Source: a bacterium (GTDB taxonomy: Bacteria; UBA8248). From it: a DNA stretch of 64,000 nucleotides. A program made the translations under genes and the position numbers. Numbering within the stretch: the stretch's first letter is position 1; each line of letters starts with the position of its first letter. Shown here one piece after another: positions 9,583-19,400 of the stretch. The stretch covers positions 1,856,001 through 1,920,000 of the forward strand of contig OZ244799.1 in assembly GCA_965219955.1 (NCBI GenBank), given 5' to 3'. The notes beneath the pieces were generated by a model that did no database searches, was not told the DNA's origin, and was given only the letters and a program-made list of their open reading frames with translations.

Positions 9583-9954
9583 TCACCTGCCACGGACACA
9601 CCACCGCGAGAACCACCACCAGACCACCCAGGCCGGGAGGCTGAGAAGGACCGCACAGGCGGCTATCCAGAGCGGGCCGGGCAGTCCCGCCACCAGCGGC
9701 GCCGTTACCGCTCCAAGCCCCGCCCACGTCACCCAGGCGGCGCGGCGCCAACCCAGGCACCATATCTGCCGGCAAGCCAGGGCGAGGGGCAACCCGCACG
9801 GCGCCAGGGACGCCGCCGACCCCGGGAACATCGGCGTCCATGCCTCGGGCGCCGTCCAGAAGAGCACGGCGGCGGTCACGAACACCCCGAACGGCAGCCA
9901 CAAGAGAGCCACCAACCAGAAGCCGCTCCGTTTGATACCTCTTCGTCGGTCCAT
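9583..9954 (-). CDS. Module protein C: antisense multi-pass membrane protein
   Basis: Three to four hydrophobic segments; ORF conserved at 40647-41006. Confidence 0.65.
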   Translation of the reverse strand: MDRRRGIKRSGFWLVALLWLPFGVFVTAAVLFWTAPEAWTPMFPGSAASLAPCGLPLALACRQIWCLGWRRAAWVTWAGLGAVTAPLVAGLPGPLWIAACAVLLSLPAWVVWWWFSRWCVRGR

Positions 9955-10138
9955 TACTCATCTGACCCGAATCCAGGGCCAGGCACAAGCCCGGCGCGGT
10001 CCGCGAGCGTCCCTCACCGGTAGCGACCCTCCTCCCAAGAGGAAGAGCGAAGCTCGGAGCCGGGCAAAGGCCCGGAAGGGGAGAGGGAGACGGTCTCCCT
10101 CCCTCGCCGGGTGCGACAACCCGAGAGGAGGCCTGGAC

Positions 10139-10270
10139 ATGTACGAGAACGACTTCGACGTCGATGTTCCCACCCCAGACGAACTGCTCGCAGAGATCGG
10201 ACTCGACGCGTACACGATCCGCAGGATACGCGACGAGGCGGGGGGCGAGGAGGAGTTCTGCAGCATCTAG
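10139..10270 (+). CDS. Module microprotein D (43 aa, acidic)
   Basis: GAGGAGG RBS; MYENDFDVDVPTPDELLAEIGLDAYTIRRIRDEAGGEEEFCSI; conserved at 41191-41322 with synonymous and mostly conservative changes. Confidence 0.8.
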   Translation: MYENDFDVDVPTPDELLAEIGLDAYTIRRIRDEAGGEEEFCSI

Positions 10271-10349
10271 GACGAACCGGGGGGCCGGGAGAGAGGATTT
10301 CAGACTCCCCAACTTCATCATCCACACCACACTACGAAGGAGTATGAAA

Positions 10350-10796
10350 ATGGCATTCGGACTCAACAGAGCGGAACTGATCGGGCGCTTAGGCGCCGAC
10401 GTCACCATCAACCATCTCACGAGCGGCGGTCGCGTCGCGAACCTGTCCATCGCCACGGATGAGGGCTACGTCGACAAGCAGTCCGGCGAGCGGGTGGACA
10501 AGACCGAGTGGCACCGGGTCGTGACCTTCCAGCCCGGGCTGGTGGACATGTTCGAAAAGCACGCGAAGAAGGGACGCCTGGTCTACGTGGCGGGCAAGCT
10601 GCAGACCCGCCGCTGGAAGAAGGACGATGAGGACTCCGATCGGTTCTCGACCGAGATCCTCATCGCGCCGGGCGGGCGCGTCCAGTTCCTCGACAAGGCG
10701 AACGGGAACGGCAATGGCAACGGAAACGGCGCGCACGCCGAGACGGCGGACGTGGTGGCCACTGCGGGCGTAGTGGGCGAAGACATTCCATTTTGA
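10350..10796 (+). CDS. ssb: Single-stranded DNA-binding protein
   Basis: LNRAELIGRLGAD, TEWHRVV, GRLVYVAGKLQTRRW, C-terminal EDIPF. Confidence 0.95.
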   Translation: MAFGLNRAELIGRLGADVTINHLTSGGRVANLSIATDEGYVDKQSGERVDKTEWHRVVTFQPGLVDMFEKHAKKGRLVYVAGKLQTRRWKKDDEDSDRFSTEILIAPGGRVQFLDKANGNGNGNGNGAHAETADVVATAGVVGEDIPF

Positions 10797-10805
10797 GCGC
10801 TTCAT

Positions 10806-10839
10806 GGGCCGGCGCCTCGCGCGTCGGCCCTTTTCTTTT
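10806..10839 (+). terminator. Rho-independent terminator after ssb
   Basis: GGGCCGGCGC-loop-GCGTCGGCCC followed by TTTTCTTTT; an equivalent hairpin with different sequence is at 41830-41867. Confidence 0.75.
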
Positions 10840-10902
10840 GCTCGCTATCCAGAGGAAGTCCGCCCTGCCGGCTCTCTCCTCTACCGGGAACTCCTGAAGA
10901 AT

Positions 10903-11361
10903 CTCCGGTTCCGCGAACGATGAACCATGTTCCCGGAAGATCGGCATGCTCCTGTAATCACTCCATACTCAAGATAGTGGCTCGATCTACCCCCCGCTGC
11001 GGGAATTTCGGGCCGGAAAAGACGGCCCGAAATGACCCTTTCCGCAGCATGAGAGAATGTTTCCCGATGAGCTTCGCCTTCATCGTGAAACACCAAAGGC
11101 TCTTGTGTCCCGTTGGCGGTACTACCCTCTCTCTCTTAGCGCTCCCATTTTAGCACGCACGGCGCGGGGTCAAGGGTGCTTTTGCAAAGAACGCAAAAGC
11201 ATCTTTTTTCAGAAAAAATCGGTGAAGCGTGGATTTTTTCCGCTGCGCGCCCTCCGGGTGAAAAAAAGACTGAAAACCGCCCCTGACGCCCACGCCTACC
11301 ACGTGCTGAAAATGGGGGCGCTAAGAAGCGCATCCGTTAACTCTCTACGAAGGAGAAAGGC
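10903..11361 (+). promoter_or_regulatory. Highly structured conserved non-coding element; candidate ssDNA (Frpo-like) promoter
   Basis: Hairpin 10996-11048; long-range stem 11135-11157 with 11302-11325 enclosing further hairpins; nearly identical at 41978-42435. Function is inferred. Confidence 0.55.
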
Positions 11362-11736
11362 ATGGAAACCACCGTGGTGAACTTGAACGACTACGTTGCT
11401 CCCCAGTTCGGAGGCGGCTGTCTCGTCGTGATTGACCGCACGACGAAGTGGGGAAACCCCTTCCGCATCGGCAAGGACGGCTCCCGCAGCGAGGTCATCG
11501 AGAAATACCGGCGATGGCTCTGGGAAAAAATCAAGCGCGAGGAGCAGGACCTCCACGAACTCGCCGACCTCCAAGGCTGCGAGCTCGGCTGCCACTGCCA
11601 TCCCTTGCCGTGCCACGGCGACGTACTCGCGCGTGCTGCCGAGTGGGCCGCCGGGTATCTCGACGAGATGCCGAAAGAAGTGGGGCGCAACGAGCGTGGC
11701 TACGCTCTTCCCGAATTCAACCATCCCCTCGCCTGA
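11362..11736 (+). CDS. DUF4326-family protein
   Basis: IDRTTKWGNPFRIG..RSEVIEKYRRWL..LGCHCHPLPCHGDVLA signature. Confidence 0.8.
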   Translation: METTVVNLNDYVAPQFGGGCLVVIDRTTKWGNPFRIGKDGSRSEVIEKYRRWLWEKIKREEQDLHELADLQGCELGCHCHPLPCHGDVLARAAEWAAGYLDEMPKEVGRNERGYALPEFNHPLA

Positions 11737-11757
11737 GGACAACGAAAGGAGTGAACG

Positions 11758-12708
11758 ATGACCGCCACCGAGACACACAAGGAGATGATCATGCACGAGG
11801 TCGACAACATCGAAGCGCAGAACGAATCCTTCACCGCCATGGTCTGCGAACAGGCAGCACTGTTCGGCGCGACTCCGGGGCCGGACGAGTTCGACAACCG
11901 GCCCGTCTGGGGCGAGGCGGAGTCCACCGCCGCCGTCCTCAAGGCCTTCGCCGCACTCGCGGAAGCTGCACCCGACGGCACGCAGTTAGCGGATGAGCGG
12001 GCGAGTCTCCTGTGGGGCTTCGTCAACACCCTCGACGCCCAGACACAGCGCCTCGACCGCGCCGCCGACAAACTCATCCCCGGCATCCGTGAACTCCAGC
12101 GCGAGCAGGACGGCTCCGAGATCAGGTCTCGCGAACTCGAACTCGCCACCGACCGCGCGCAAAACTTTAATGCTCGGCGTGATGCTTTTGAACAACTCCG
12201 TGACGCCGCCGCAGAGGCCTACCGCGTCGAGACCGGCGAGGTCTGGCGGCCCAGGCGAGGATCGCACGTCTCCCAGACCGGCAAGCTCACATCGGCGGTG
12301 ATCGAGGCGCGAGACTTCCAGCGCGCGAAAAAGGACCGCGAGAACACGGCCCACCTCCCCCAGGGAACCCTCGTCGCCGTCGCGGGCGGAAAGGAGGCGA
12401 ACGACGCGGGCAAAATCATCGCGCATCTCGACAAGGTCAAGGCCAAGTACGCCGACGTCGTTCTCGTCCACGGCGGCGGCCCCGGAGCCGAGAAGATTGC
12501 AGCCGGCTGGGCCGAGCGCAACGGCGTCCACCAGGTCGTCTGCAAACCGGATTGGGATGCGCATGGACGTGCGGCTCCTTTCCGGCGCAACGACGAGCTG
12601 CTCTCCCTCCTCCCCAAGGGCGTGGTCGCGTTCCCCGGCTCGGGCATCACCGACAACCTCGTCGACAAGGCCCGAAGCCTCGGCATCCCCGTTCAAAAAG
12701 TAGCGTGA
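11758..12708 (+). CDS. DUF2493 (YspA/SLOG-like) domain protein with N-terminal helical region
   Basis: C-terminal VAVAGG..VLVHGGGPGAEKIAAGWAE..PDW..GRAAPFRRNDELL..VVAFPGSGITDNLVDKA. Confidence 0.8.
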   Translation: MTATETHKEMIMHEVDNIEAQNESFTAMVCEQAALFGATPGPDEFDNRPVWGEAESTAAVLKAFAALAEAAPDGTQLADERASLLWGFVNTLDAQTQRLDRAADKLIPGIRELQREQDGSEIRSRELELATDRAQNFNARRDAFEQLRDAAAEAYRVETGEVWRPRRGSHVSQTGKLTSAVIEARDFQRAKKDRENTAHLPQGTLVAVAGGKEANDAGKIIAHLDKVKAKYADVVLVHGGGPGAEKIAAGWAERNGVHQVVCKPDWDAHGRAAPFRRNDELLSLLPKGVVAFPGSGITDNLVDKARSLGIPVQKVA

Positions 12709-12718
12709 CATGAACGCT

Positions 12719-12760
12719 CAACGAGTCGCGTCGTCGCCCCGGCGGCGCGGCTCGTTTTTC
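12719..12760 (+). terminator. Hairpin and T-tract after the SLOG gene
   Basis: AACGAGTCGCGTCGTCG..GGCGGCGCGGCTCGTTTTT; equivalent hairpin at 43776-43811. Confidence 0.6.
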
Positions 12761-13118
12761 CCCTCGTTCGTTCCGCCGCTCTTCCTCGCATACTCCACTC
12801 GTCTCCATGCTCAATCGCCGCTGCGGCTCCCGCTCGTTATTCTCGCCGGCGAAAGTTCCCCCGACTCGTGTTCCATAAAATCCCTGCGCTTGCCGCCCGT
12901 CGGCGTTTCGTTCAGTACACCGGACGCAGCGGGCTGCACCAAGCGAGTCACGATCGAGCCATCCTCAGTAAGCGTATCCCTTTGTAAGGCAATTAGTTAG
13001 ACGGAATCACCCGGTCCACCGTCCTTGCCTGCGTGCCGTTTTCTCTTCCCGTAACCGCCGTCCCTGTTCCCTCGGAGCGGGCGGCCCTCATCAGGTAACC
13101 GGGAAAGGAGAAGAGCCC

Positions 13119-14258
13119 ATGCGCATCCACGCCACCATCAACGAAAGAACCCTGCGGCGCACCTTCAGGAAACAGGTGAAAGGAAAAAACGGCCTCACGG
13201 TCCAGGACCGCGACCTGCCCGAATTCGGCATCGAGGTCGCGAGGGACGGGAAGAACACCTTCTTCGTCCTGAAACCCGGCGGGGAGAGGCACGTCCTCGG
13301 CCCGGCGAACGCAATGACGGCCGCGGCGGACCGTGAGCAGGCCGCCGCCTTGCTCGAGGAGACGAAGGCCATGAGCGAGCACGGACCCCTGTTCGCCGAC
13401 TTCGCCTGTGAATTCATGCGTGGGCAGGGACGGCGCTGGAAGCAATCCACCCGCGAGGGCAATCGCCACCTGCTCCGCCGCTACATCCTGCCCTTCTTCG
13501 GCGCCATGCGCGTCGCCGACATCGCCCGCGCCGACGTCGCGCGCTGGTTCGACTCGATGAGCGCTACGCCGGGGAACGCAAACCGGGCCCTGCCCGTTCT
13601 CTCCGTCATGATGAAAGAAGCGGAACTCCGAGAACTGAGGCCACAGGGGTTGAACCCCTGCAGCGGCATGAGGCGCTACAGGATGAAGCCCCGCGAGCGT
13701 TTCTTGTCAGCTGAGGAGTTAAAGCGCCTGGGCTTCGTGCTCGACCATACAGAAGACGTAATGGCCGCGGCTGCGATCAGGCTCCTTCTGTTCACCGGCG
13801 CGCGATCGTCGGAGATCACGGGTCTCAAGTGGGAATGGATACGCGGGAGCCGCGCGCTCCTGCCCGACTCCAAGACGGGACCCAAGACGATCCAGTTGCC
13901 GCCGCCCGCGCGGGCGGTGCTGAACGCCCTCCCGCGCAAAGGCGAGTTCGTGTTCCCGAACAAGAAGAATGGTGGTCCGATGAGGGACCTGGGTCCCCGC
14001 TGGTGCAAGCTGCGCGGACTCGCCGGTCTTGATGACGTGCGCATCCATGACTGCCGCCACACGTTCGCCTCCCACGCCGTTATGAGCGGGCTGGACCTCT
14101 ATACCGTGGGCCGCCTGCTCGGCCACGCGGATACCGGCTCCACGGAGCGCTACGCCCATCTCGCGGATGAGCACGTCCGCGAGGCGGCGGGGCGCATCTC
14201 AGGCATCGTCCACGACGCGATGACCGGAAAGGGGAAGGAGGTGGAGCATGGCGCATAG
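13119..14258 (+). CDS. Tyrosine recombinase/integrase 1
   Basis: LFTGARSSE (R), DSKTG (K), HDCRH, LLGH, TERYAH (Y). Confidence 0.93.
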   Translation: MRIHATINERTLRRTFRKQVKGKNGLTVQDRDLPEFGIEVARDGKNTFFVLKPGGERHVLGPANAMTAAADREQAAALLEETKAMSEHGPLFADFACEFMRGQGRRWKQSTREGNRHLLRRYILPFFGAMRVADIARADVARWFDSMSATPGNANRALPVLSVMMKEAELRELRPQGLNPCSGMRRYRMKPRERFLSAEELKRLGFVLDHTEDVMAAAAIRLLLFTGARSSEITGLKWEWIRGSRALLPDSKTGPKTIQLPPPARAVLNALPRKGEFVFPNKKNGGPMRDLGPRWCKLRGLAGLDDVRIHDCRHTFASHAVMSGLDLYTVGRLLGHADTGSTERYAHLADEHVREAAGRISGIVHDAMTGKGKEVEHGA

Positions 14259-15690
14259 ACATAAGAAAAAACGGCTCACGCACAAGACCATCGCCGCCGC
14301 GAAGCCGCGAGAGAGAGAATACACGCTTTGGGACGGGACGCTCGCCCACTTCGGACTCAGGGTGCATCCCTCGGGCGTCAAATCCTTCATCGTCCAGACC
14401 CGCGTCCGGGGACGGATGCGCAAGTTCACTCTGGGCCGTTACCCGGAAATCGGTGTCGAAAGAGCGAGAAAGGAGGCCGCCGCCCTCCTCGCCCGCCTGT
14501 GGGGAGGCGAGACAGTGGCTCCCCGACGCAGGAGGCGGGCGCCTCTGTTCAAAGACTTCGCAGCGCGCTACCGCGAAGGTCGAAAGAACCGCTGGAAACC
14601 GTCTTCGCTCGAGACCTTCGACGTCTACATGAAAAACCGCCTGATGCCGCATTTCGGCAAGCTCAGGCTCGACGCCATCGACCACAAGTGCGTCTCGGCG
14701 TGGTTCGATGCGGCGAGCGCGGACAGACCCGGCGCCGCCAACCGCGCCTTCGAGATCCTCCGCGCCATGCTGCGCACGGCGCGCCGGTGGGGCGAACTCG
14801 CAGAGGACTTCCCCGACGCCTGCGCCAACATAGCAAAGAACCCCCGGAAACCCGTCGCACGGTATCTCGGCGCAGAAGAATTGATGCGCCTGAACGCCGT
14901 GTTCGAACGACACCGGGATGAGCAACCCTGGGCGGTAGCGGCCCTGCGTCTCCTCACGCTTACCGGGGCGCGGCTCTCCGAAGTCGTGAACCTCAAACGG
15001 GAGGAGCTTGAAGAGGACGGCGTTAGCGTAAGGCTGGAAGATTCCAAGACCGGCCCGCGCACTCTGTGGTTCGGGTCCGAAGCGGCGGGTCTTCTGGCAG
15101 GGCTGCCCCGCCTGGAAGACACCGCGCGGGTGTTCCCCGAGGCTCTCACCCCCGACAGCCTCTACACGTTCTGGCGCGGCGTCAGGGAGGAAGCGGGACT
15201 GCCGGGTCTGCGCATTCACGATTTGCGCCACACCTGGGCGTCGCAAGGCGTAATGAACGGCGTCGGACTCACCACCGTCGGACGGCTGCTCGGGCACCGG
15301 AGACGTGAGACCACGGCCGTCTACGCCCATCTCGACGACGAAGCGCTCAGGGACGCCGCCGCGCAGGCGGCCTCCGTCATCGCCCACGCCATGAGATACA
15401 GCGCCTGCGTGCCTCCCTTGCCAGAGGAAGCGAATGATCCAGTAGGCGACAGGGAATTCGATTGGTTGAGCGAAGATGGGAGACGAGACGCGAAGCCTGG
15501 TCGATGTGAACCCGCCAAGACGACGGCTTCCCGCAGTGGGCCGGAACGGCCGAAGATGGGTGGGGACAGGGAGGAACTCGCCCGGGATATCGACCGGCTT
15601 CGGGCCGACTCCATCGGACCGGACGAGGACGCAACCAGTCAGGATGGGGCCAAACCTGCCCGGCCACTATGCCGGCTTCGCTGGTTTTGA
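14248..15690 (+). CDS. Tyrosine recombinase/integrase 2 with N-terminal arm-binding domain and C-terminal extension
   Basis: LWDGTLAHFGLRVHPSGVKSF arm domain; LTGARLSE, DSKTG, HDLRH, LLGH, TAVYAH; overlaps integrase 1 by 11 bp. Confidence 0.93.
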   Translation: MAHRHKKKRLTHKTIAAAKPREREYTLWDGTLAHFGLRVHPSGVKSFIVQTRVRGRMRKFTLGRYPEIGVERARKEAAALLARLWGGETVAPRRRRRAPLFKDFAARYREGRKNRWKPSSLETFDVYMKNRLMPHFGKLRLDAIDHKCVSAWFDAASADRPGAANRAFEILRAMLRTARRWGELAEDFPDACANIAKNPRKPVARYLGAEELMRLNAVFERHRDEQPWAVAALRLLTLTGARLSEVVNLKREELEEDGVSVRLEDSKTGPRTLWFGSEAAGLLAGLPRLEDTARVFPEALTPDSLYTFWRGVREEAGLPGLRIHDLRHTWASQGVMNGVGLTTVGRLLGHRRRETTAVYAHLDDEALRDAAAQAASVIAHAMRYSACVPPLPEEANDPVGDREFDWLSEDGRRDAKPGRCEPAKTTASRSGPERPKMGGDREELARDIDRLRADSIGPDEDATSQDGAKPARPLCRLRWF

Positions 15691-15779
15691 TGCTCTGGTC
15701 GGTGCTTAGGCAGTATTGAATAACTGTAGGCCCGGGCATGCCTTTGTTCGGGTAGTTGTTTGCGTTACAAAACGCCATG

Positions 15780-16361
15780 TCAGTATTCAAACTTGGCGCA
15801 AATGCGATCAATAGTGTTTCTGTCAACATGCGGCAAACGAGCAGCAAGCATATCAGGCGAAATATCTCGGATACTGATGCCGGACTTCCTGATTCCCTTC
15901 ACCGCCACGGCAAGTTGCGGCATGCAACGGAAAACGAGGTCCTTTGCTGTATCGTAAAGGCCGTTGGATTTAGTATTCTTCTTGATATATTGCTTTACAG
16001 CATCGTCATGGAAGCGCGGTTCATTTTGAAACCACGTAGCCAAGCCTTCTTCAAGAAAATTTGTTGTGCCGCATACAGGGTCTAGTAGGTGCACGCATTC
16101 ATGGGCTACCTGCCACTTTCCCTGATCGGGTGAATAGTGTTCCCACGGAAAATCAGAAATATGGATATCAACGATACACCCACCATTCTTGTGGTACATA
16201 TTGGGGAAAAATGTGCGTGGTGTATTGTCCTCTGATTTTCGGATGGTGCCGAAAACGAATCTCGAATCGCAAGGACCAAATAAATCTTTAAGAATTTCCC
16301 GATATCTTCGGACCTCAAATTCAAGACTCTGTACGTAATTTTGTCTATTGATATCGTTCAT
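15780..16361 (-). CDS. HExxH-motif putative Zn-metallopeptidase (ImmA/IrrE-like fold possible)
   Basis: QVAHECVHLLDP followed by LEEGLATWF; AT-rich gene; start uncertain (16361 or 16424). Confidence 0.55.
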   Translation of the reverse strand: MNDINRQNYVQSLEFEVRRYREILKDLFGPCDSRFVFGTIRKSEDNTPRTFFPNMYHKNGGCIVDIHISDFPWEHYSPDQGKWQVAHECVHLLDPVCGTTNFLEEGLATWFQNEPRFHDDAVKQYIKKNTKSNGLYDTAKDLVFRCMPQLAVAVKGIRKSGISIRDISPDMLAARLPHVDRNTIDRICAKFEY

Positions 16362-16486
16362 TTCTAAGTAACTATCCGAGTTTTTCGCTGAAATCAAGGT
16401 CGTCAAACCAAACTTCAACTGCAATGAAACCGCCTTGTTAATTCAGCCCCTACTTCCGAACTGGGAATAACTTAAAAAATATTGGT

Positions 16487-19400
16487 TCATGAACTGAATT
16501 GGACGTCGGTCACGCCTGCCGCCAGCGAGTTCATGAAGCTGAGGCACAAATCGCGGGAGCGGTAGTCTCCGTAAGCCTTGGTTTCCTCACGTTCGACAAT
16601 GGGGAAGGTGGAATAGATGTAGCGCACATCGTCGCGGTCGGTGACGCCGTAGAGATGGAAGAAAACGGCGTCCAGCTTGGCGCGAAGATGCAGACGGCGT
16701 TCCTCGTCCCAGACGAAGGGAGGCCGCACATCGCCTTCTTCATCCACATGACCCATATCACGGGCGAAGGGGGCCATGTCGTGCGCCGTGTAGGTGAGTT
16801 CCAGCACGGCATCGCAGACGATTTCCCCTGCGGTTTTTGTGCCGAAGCGCACAATCTCGTAAGTTTCGGGCGGAACGACGGGAAGTTGTTCGACGATGAA
16901 AAGATTCAGCGTCTGACCCTGAACCTTCTGGCGTGTCACAAAGTCTAAAATCGTCGCGTTGAGATTGGCGGCTAATAACCATTCATCGCGCTCGGCTGTT
17001 TCCGGTTTGAGGATGGGCACTTTGTTACCGAATGCCACCGCCGGAAAGAGCGCCGCGATGAGGGTTCTGATGTTTGTGGGTGCGGTAATCTCCTTGAAGC
17101 CGAGAATCCAATTTTGCTCCGATGGCCAACTACACTCTGAAGCGGGAATCCAATACTGCGGAGCAGGGAGCCAGTTTGGATCTTTATGTTGCGTCAAAGT
17201 GGCCGGTTGGGGCTGCGCGGGGCGGTGTCGGTTTTCGGGATTGACGACGACTTGGGCGGCGCGATGATCGAACGCTTGCACCATCTTGCCCTCGTAAAGC
17301 GGAACCCAATCTCCCGCATCACTCTGATAAAGGTTGCCGCCGATGGCCCAGGCACCCTCGTTTTCTTCAAGCTCCTCTCTTGTGCGGAACAGATTCGAGT
17401 CGTTGGTCATGTGGAACATGGTCGAATACTTAACCGGCCACGCCTTCGCCTCTTCGCCTGAGGAGCGATCCACCAGAACCGGCAGGCGGTCGTATATCGC
17501 TGTGGTCAGTTCCGCATCCCGCTCGGTGCGGAAGATGGGCGCGGTGCCGGTGTTCGGGTTGACGCTGGCGAAATCCTCCGCACTCAGCGAAAAGCAACGC
17601 TTGGAGTCGGTAGTTTTTAGTTCGGAGACATTGTGAAGGTAGAATGCGCATTTGGCAGACTCTTTGATTTGAGATGGACTTGCGACGAATACGCAGAATT
17701 TGAACGACGCGTGAACGTCGGGGAAGAAAATTTTTTTATTCTCGAAATCATAAAGAGCCTTCAGCCTGCCTTCCGTAGCCACGCCTTTGAAAAACCGGGC
17801 CGCCGTTTTGTCGGATGCGATACCGGAGGGCGTCAGGAGGCCGATCATCCCCTCCGGCTTCACGAGCGACATGGCCCGCTCGACGAACAGCGAATAGAGG
17901 TTCACGTCGCCTCTCGAGAGCAGGGGGTAATCGCCGCAGCTTCTCGCCATGCGGGCCGCAGTCATGGCGCGTTCACCCGCTTCGGCGAAATCACGGGCGA
18001 GCGGGTCTTCCTCTTCCACTAAATTGGCGATCATCCGCTTGCGGTCGGAAGCGCGGGCGGCGCGGGCGATCTCGGGCCGCCGCGCGGCGAACCATTCCAC
18101 CTGTTGCAGCTTTACACGGTCCCACGGCGGATTGCCGATAACGGCATCGAAACCGCCCTCGCGTTCGGTGCTTTCCCATTCCGACCACACGCCCGGGAAG
18201 GCCACCTGCCAGTGGAGAAAGCGTTCTTCGTCGATGAGCAAAAGGGCCTTCTCCAGCAACCCGGAGAATCGCACACTCTCCGAATTGCTTTTCGGAACTT
18301 CTATATTGCGTAGCGCAATCTCGACCGGATCTCCGAATTGTCCCAAGTAATAAAAACGAAGTGCGGCTTTATCCTCCTTACTCCGAGGGTTCAGCCATTC
18401 GAGGGCGTCGAGCAGGGATAAGAAGGCGTCAAGCGGCTTTGTGCTTTCCCCCACTTCGGTGAAGCGTTCTGCGGATTCGTGGGCTTCTGCAATTTCAGCG
18501 TCGGTCAGGCTCTCGACCTCCTGCATGGGGGAGGCTGCGGCGGTCGCTCGCCTGATAGGCTCATGCAGAAAGAGCGAGGCTTCCGTTCCCGCCTTGTCGA
18601 TGCCCGCCCTCACCCATGAGCCGAAGAGACTGTCTCCGCAGCGCAGGTGGTGATCCAGAAAGCTGAGCGGTGCGCCCACCGTGAACGTGTGCAGCCAGAG
18701 CGCGACCTTGGCGAGTTCGACCGCCATGGGGCTCTTGTCCACCCCGTAGACGCAGCGCTTGAGCACCATGCGGCGGATGATGTTGCGGTCGTCGAGTTGC
18801 GCCGGGTCGATGCGCCAGTCGTCTTTCCCGGCCCTTGCGAGTATCGTCTTGCGGATACCTGCGATCCGCTCGTTCAGCGGCGAGGCGTAGCCCTCGACTT
18901 CAGCTTCCGCATCGGCCATGGCCTCGATGACTCTATCTGCAAGATAGTCCACGAGGTTGACCAGAAAGTGCCCCGAGCCCATGGCGGGATCGCAGATTTT
19001 GAGTTCCAAAATCTTCTCCGCCGGGTCGAGGCGTTCGAGTTCTTCCATTCGCATGTCCGGTGAAGAATCCGAAACGAACGCGCCAAAAGCATCTTTGCGA
19101 ATGCGAATGAGCGGCTCGACTGTTTCCTCGATGATGAGGCCGACCAGATCGTCCGGCGTGTAATAGCTGCCCGATCCTTTTCTGGCGAAGGGGCTGAGGC
19201 GGACTTCAATATCGCTCTCGACGAAGACGGGTTCCTGCTCCAGCAGGCGTTCGTAAATCGAGCCCAATTGCTGCACGCCCAGGTCACGGTAGTTGATGTA
19301 GCGGCGTCCCTGCGGGGTTTTCTCGAACGAGAGGGCGTCGATGACGTTCGCCATTATCTGATCGGAAAGCCGAATCCTATCGAGTAGAGGCGTTCGCTCC

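Larger units (their letters stand above)
8130..12945 (+). mobile_element. Leading-region-like module, intact copy 1
   Basis: Same gene order and high similarity to 39215-44226; contains ssb, DUF4326-like and SLOG genes; directly followed by two integrases. Confidence 0.75.
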
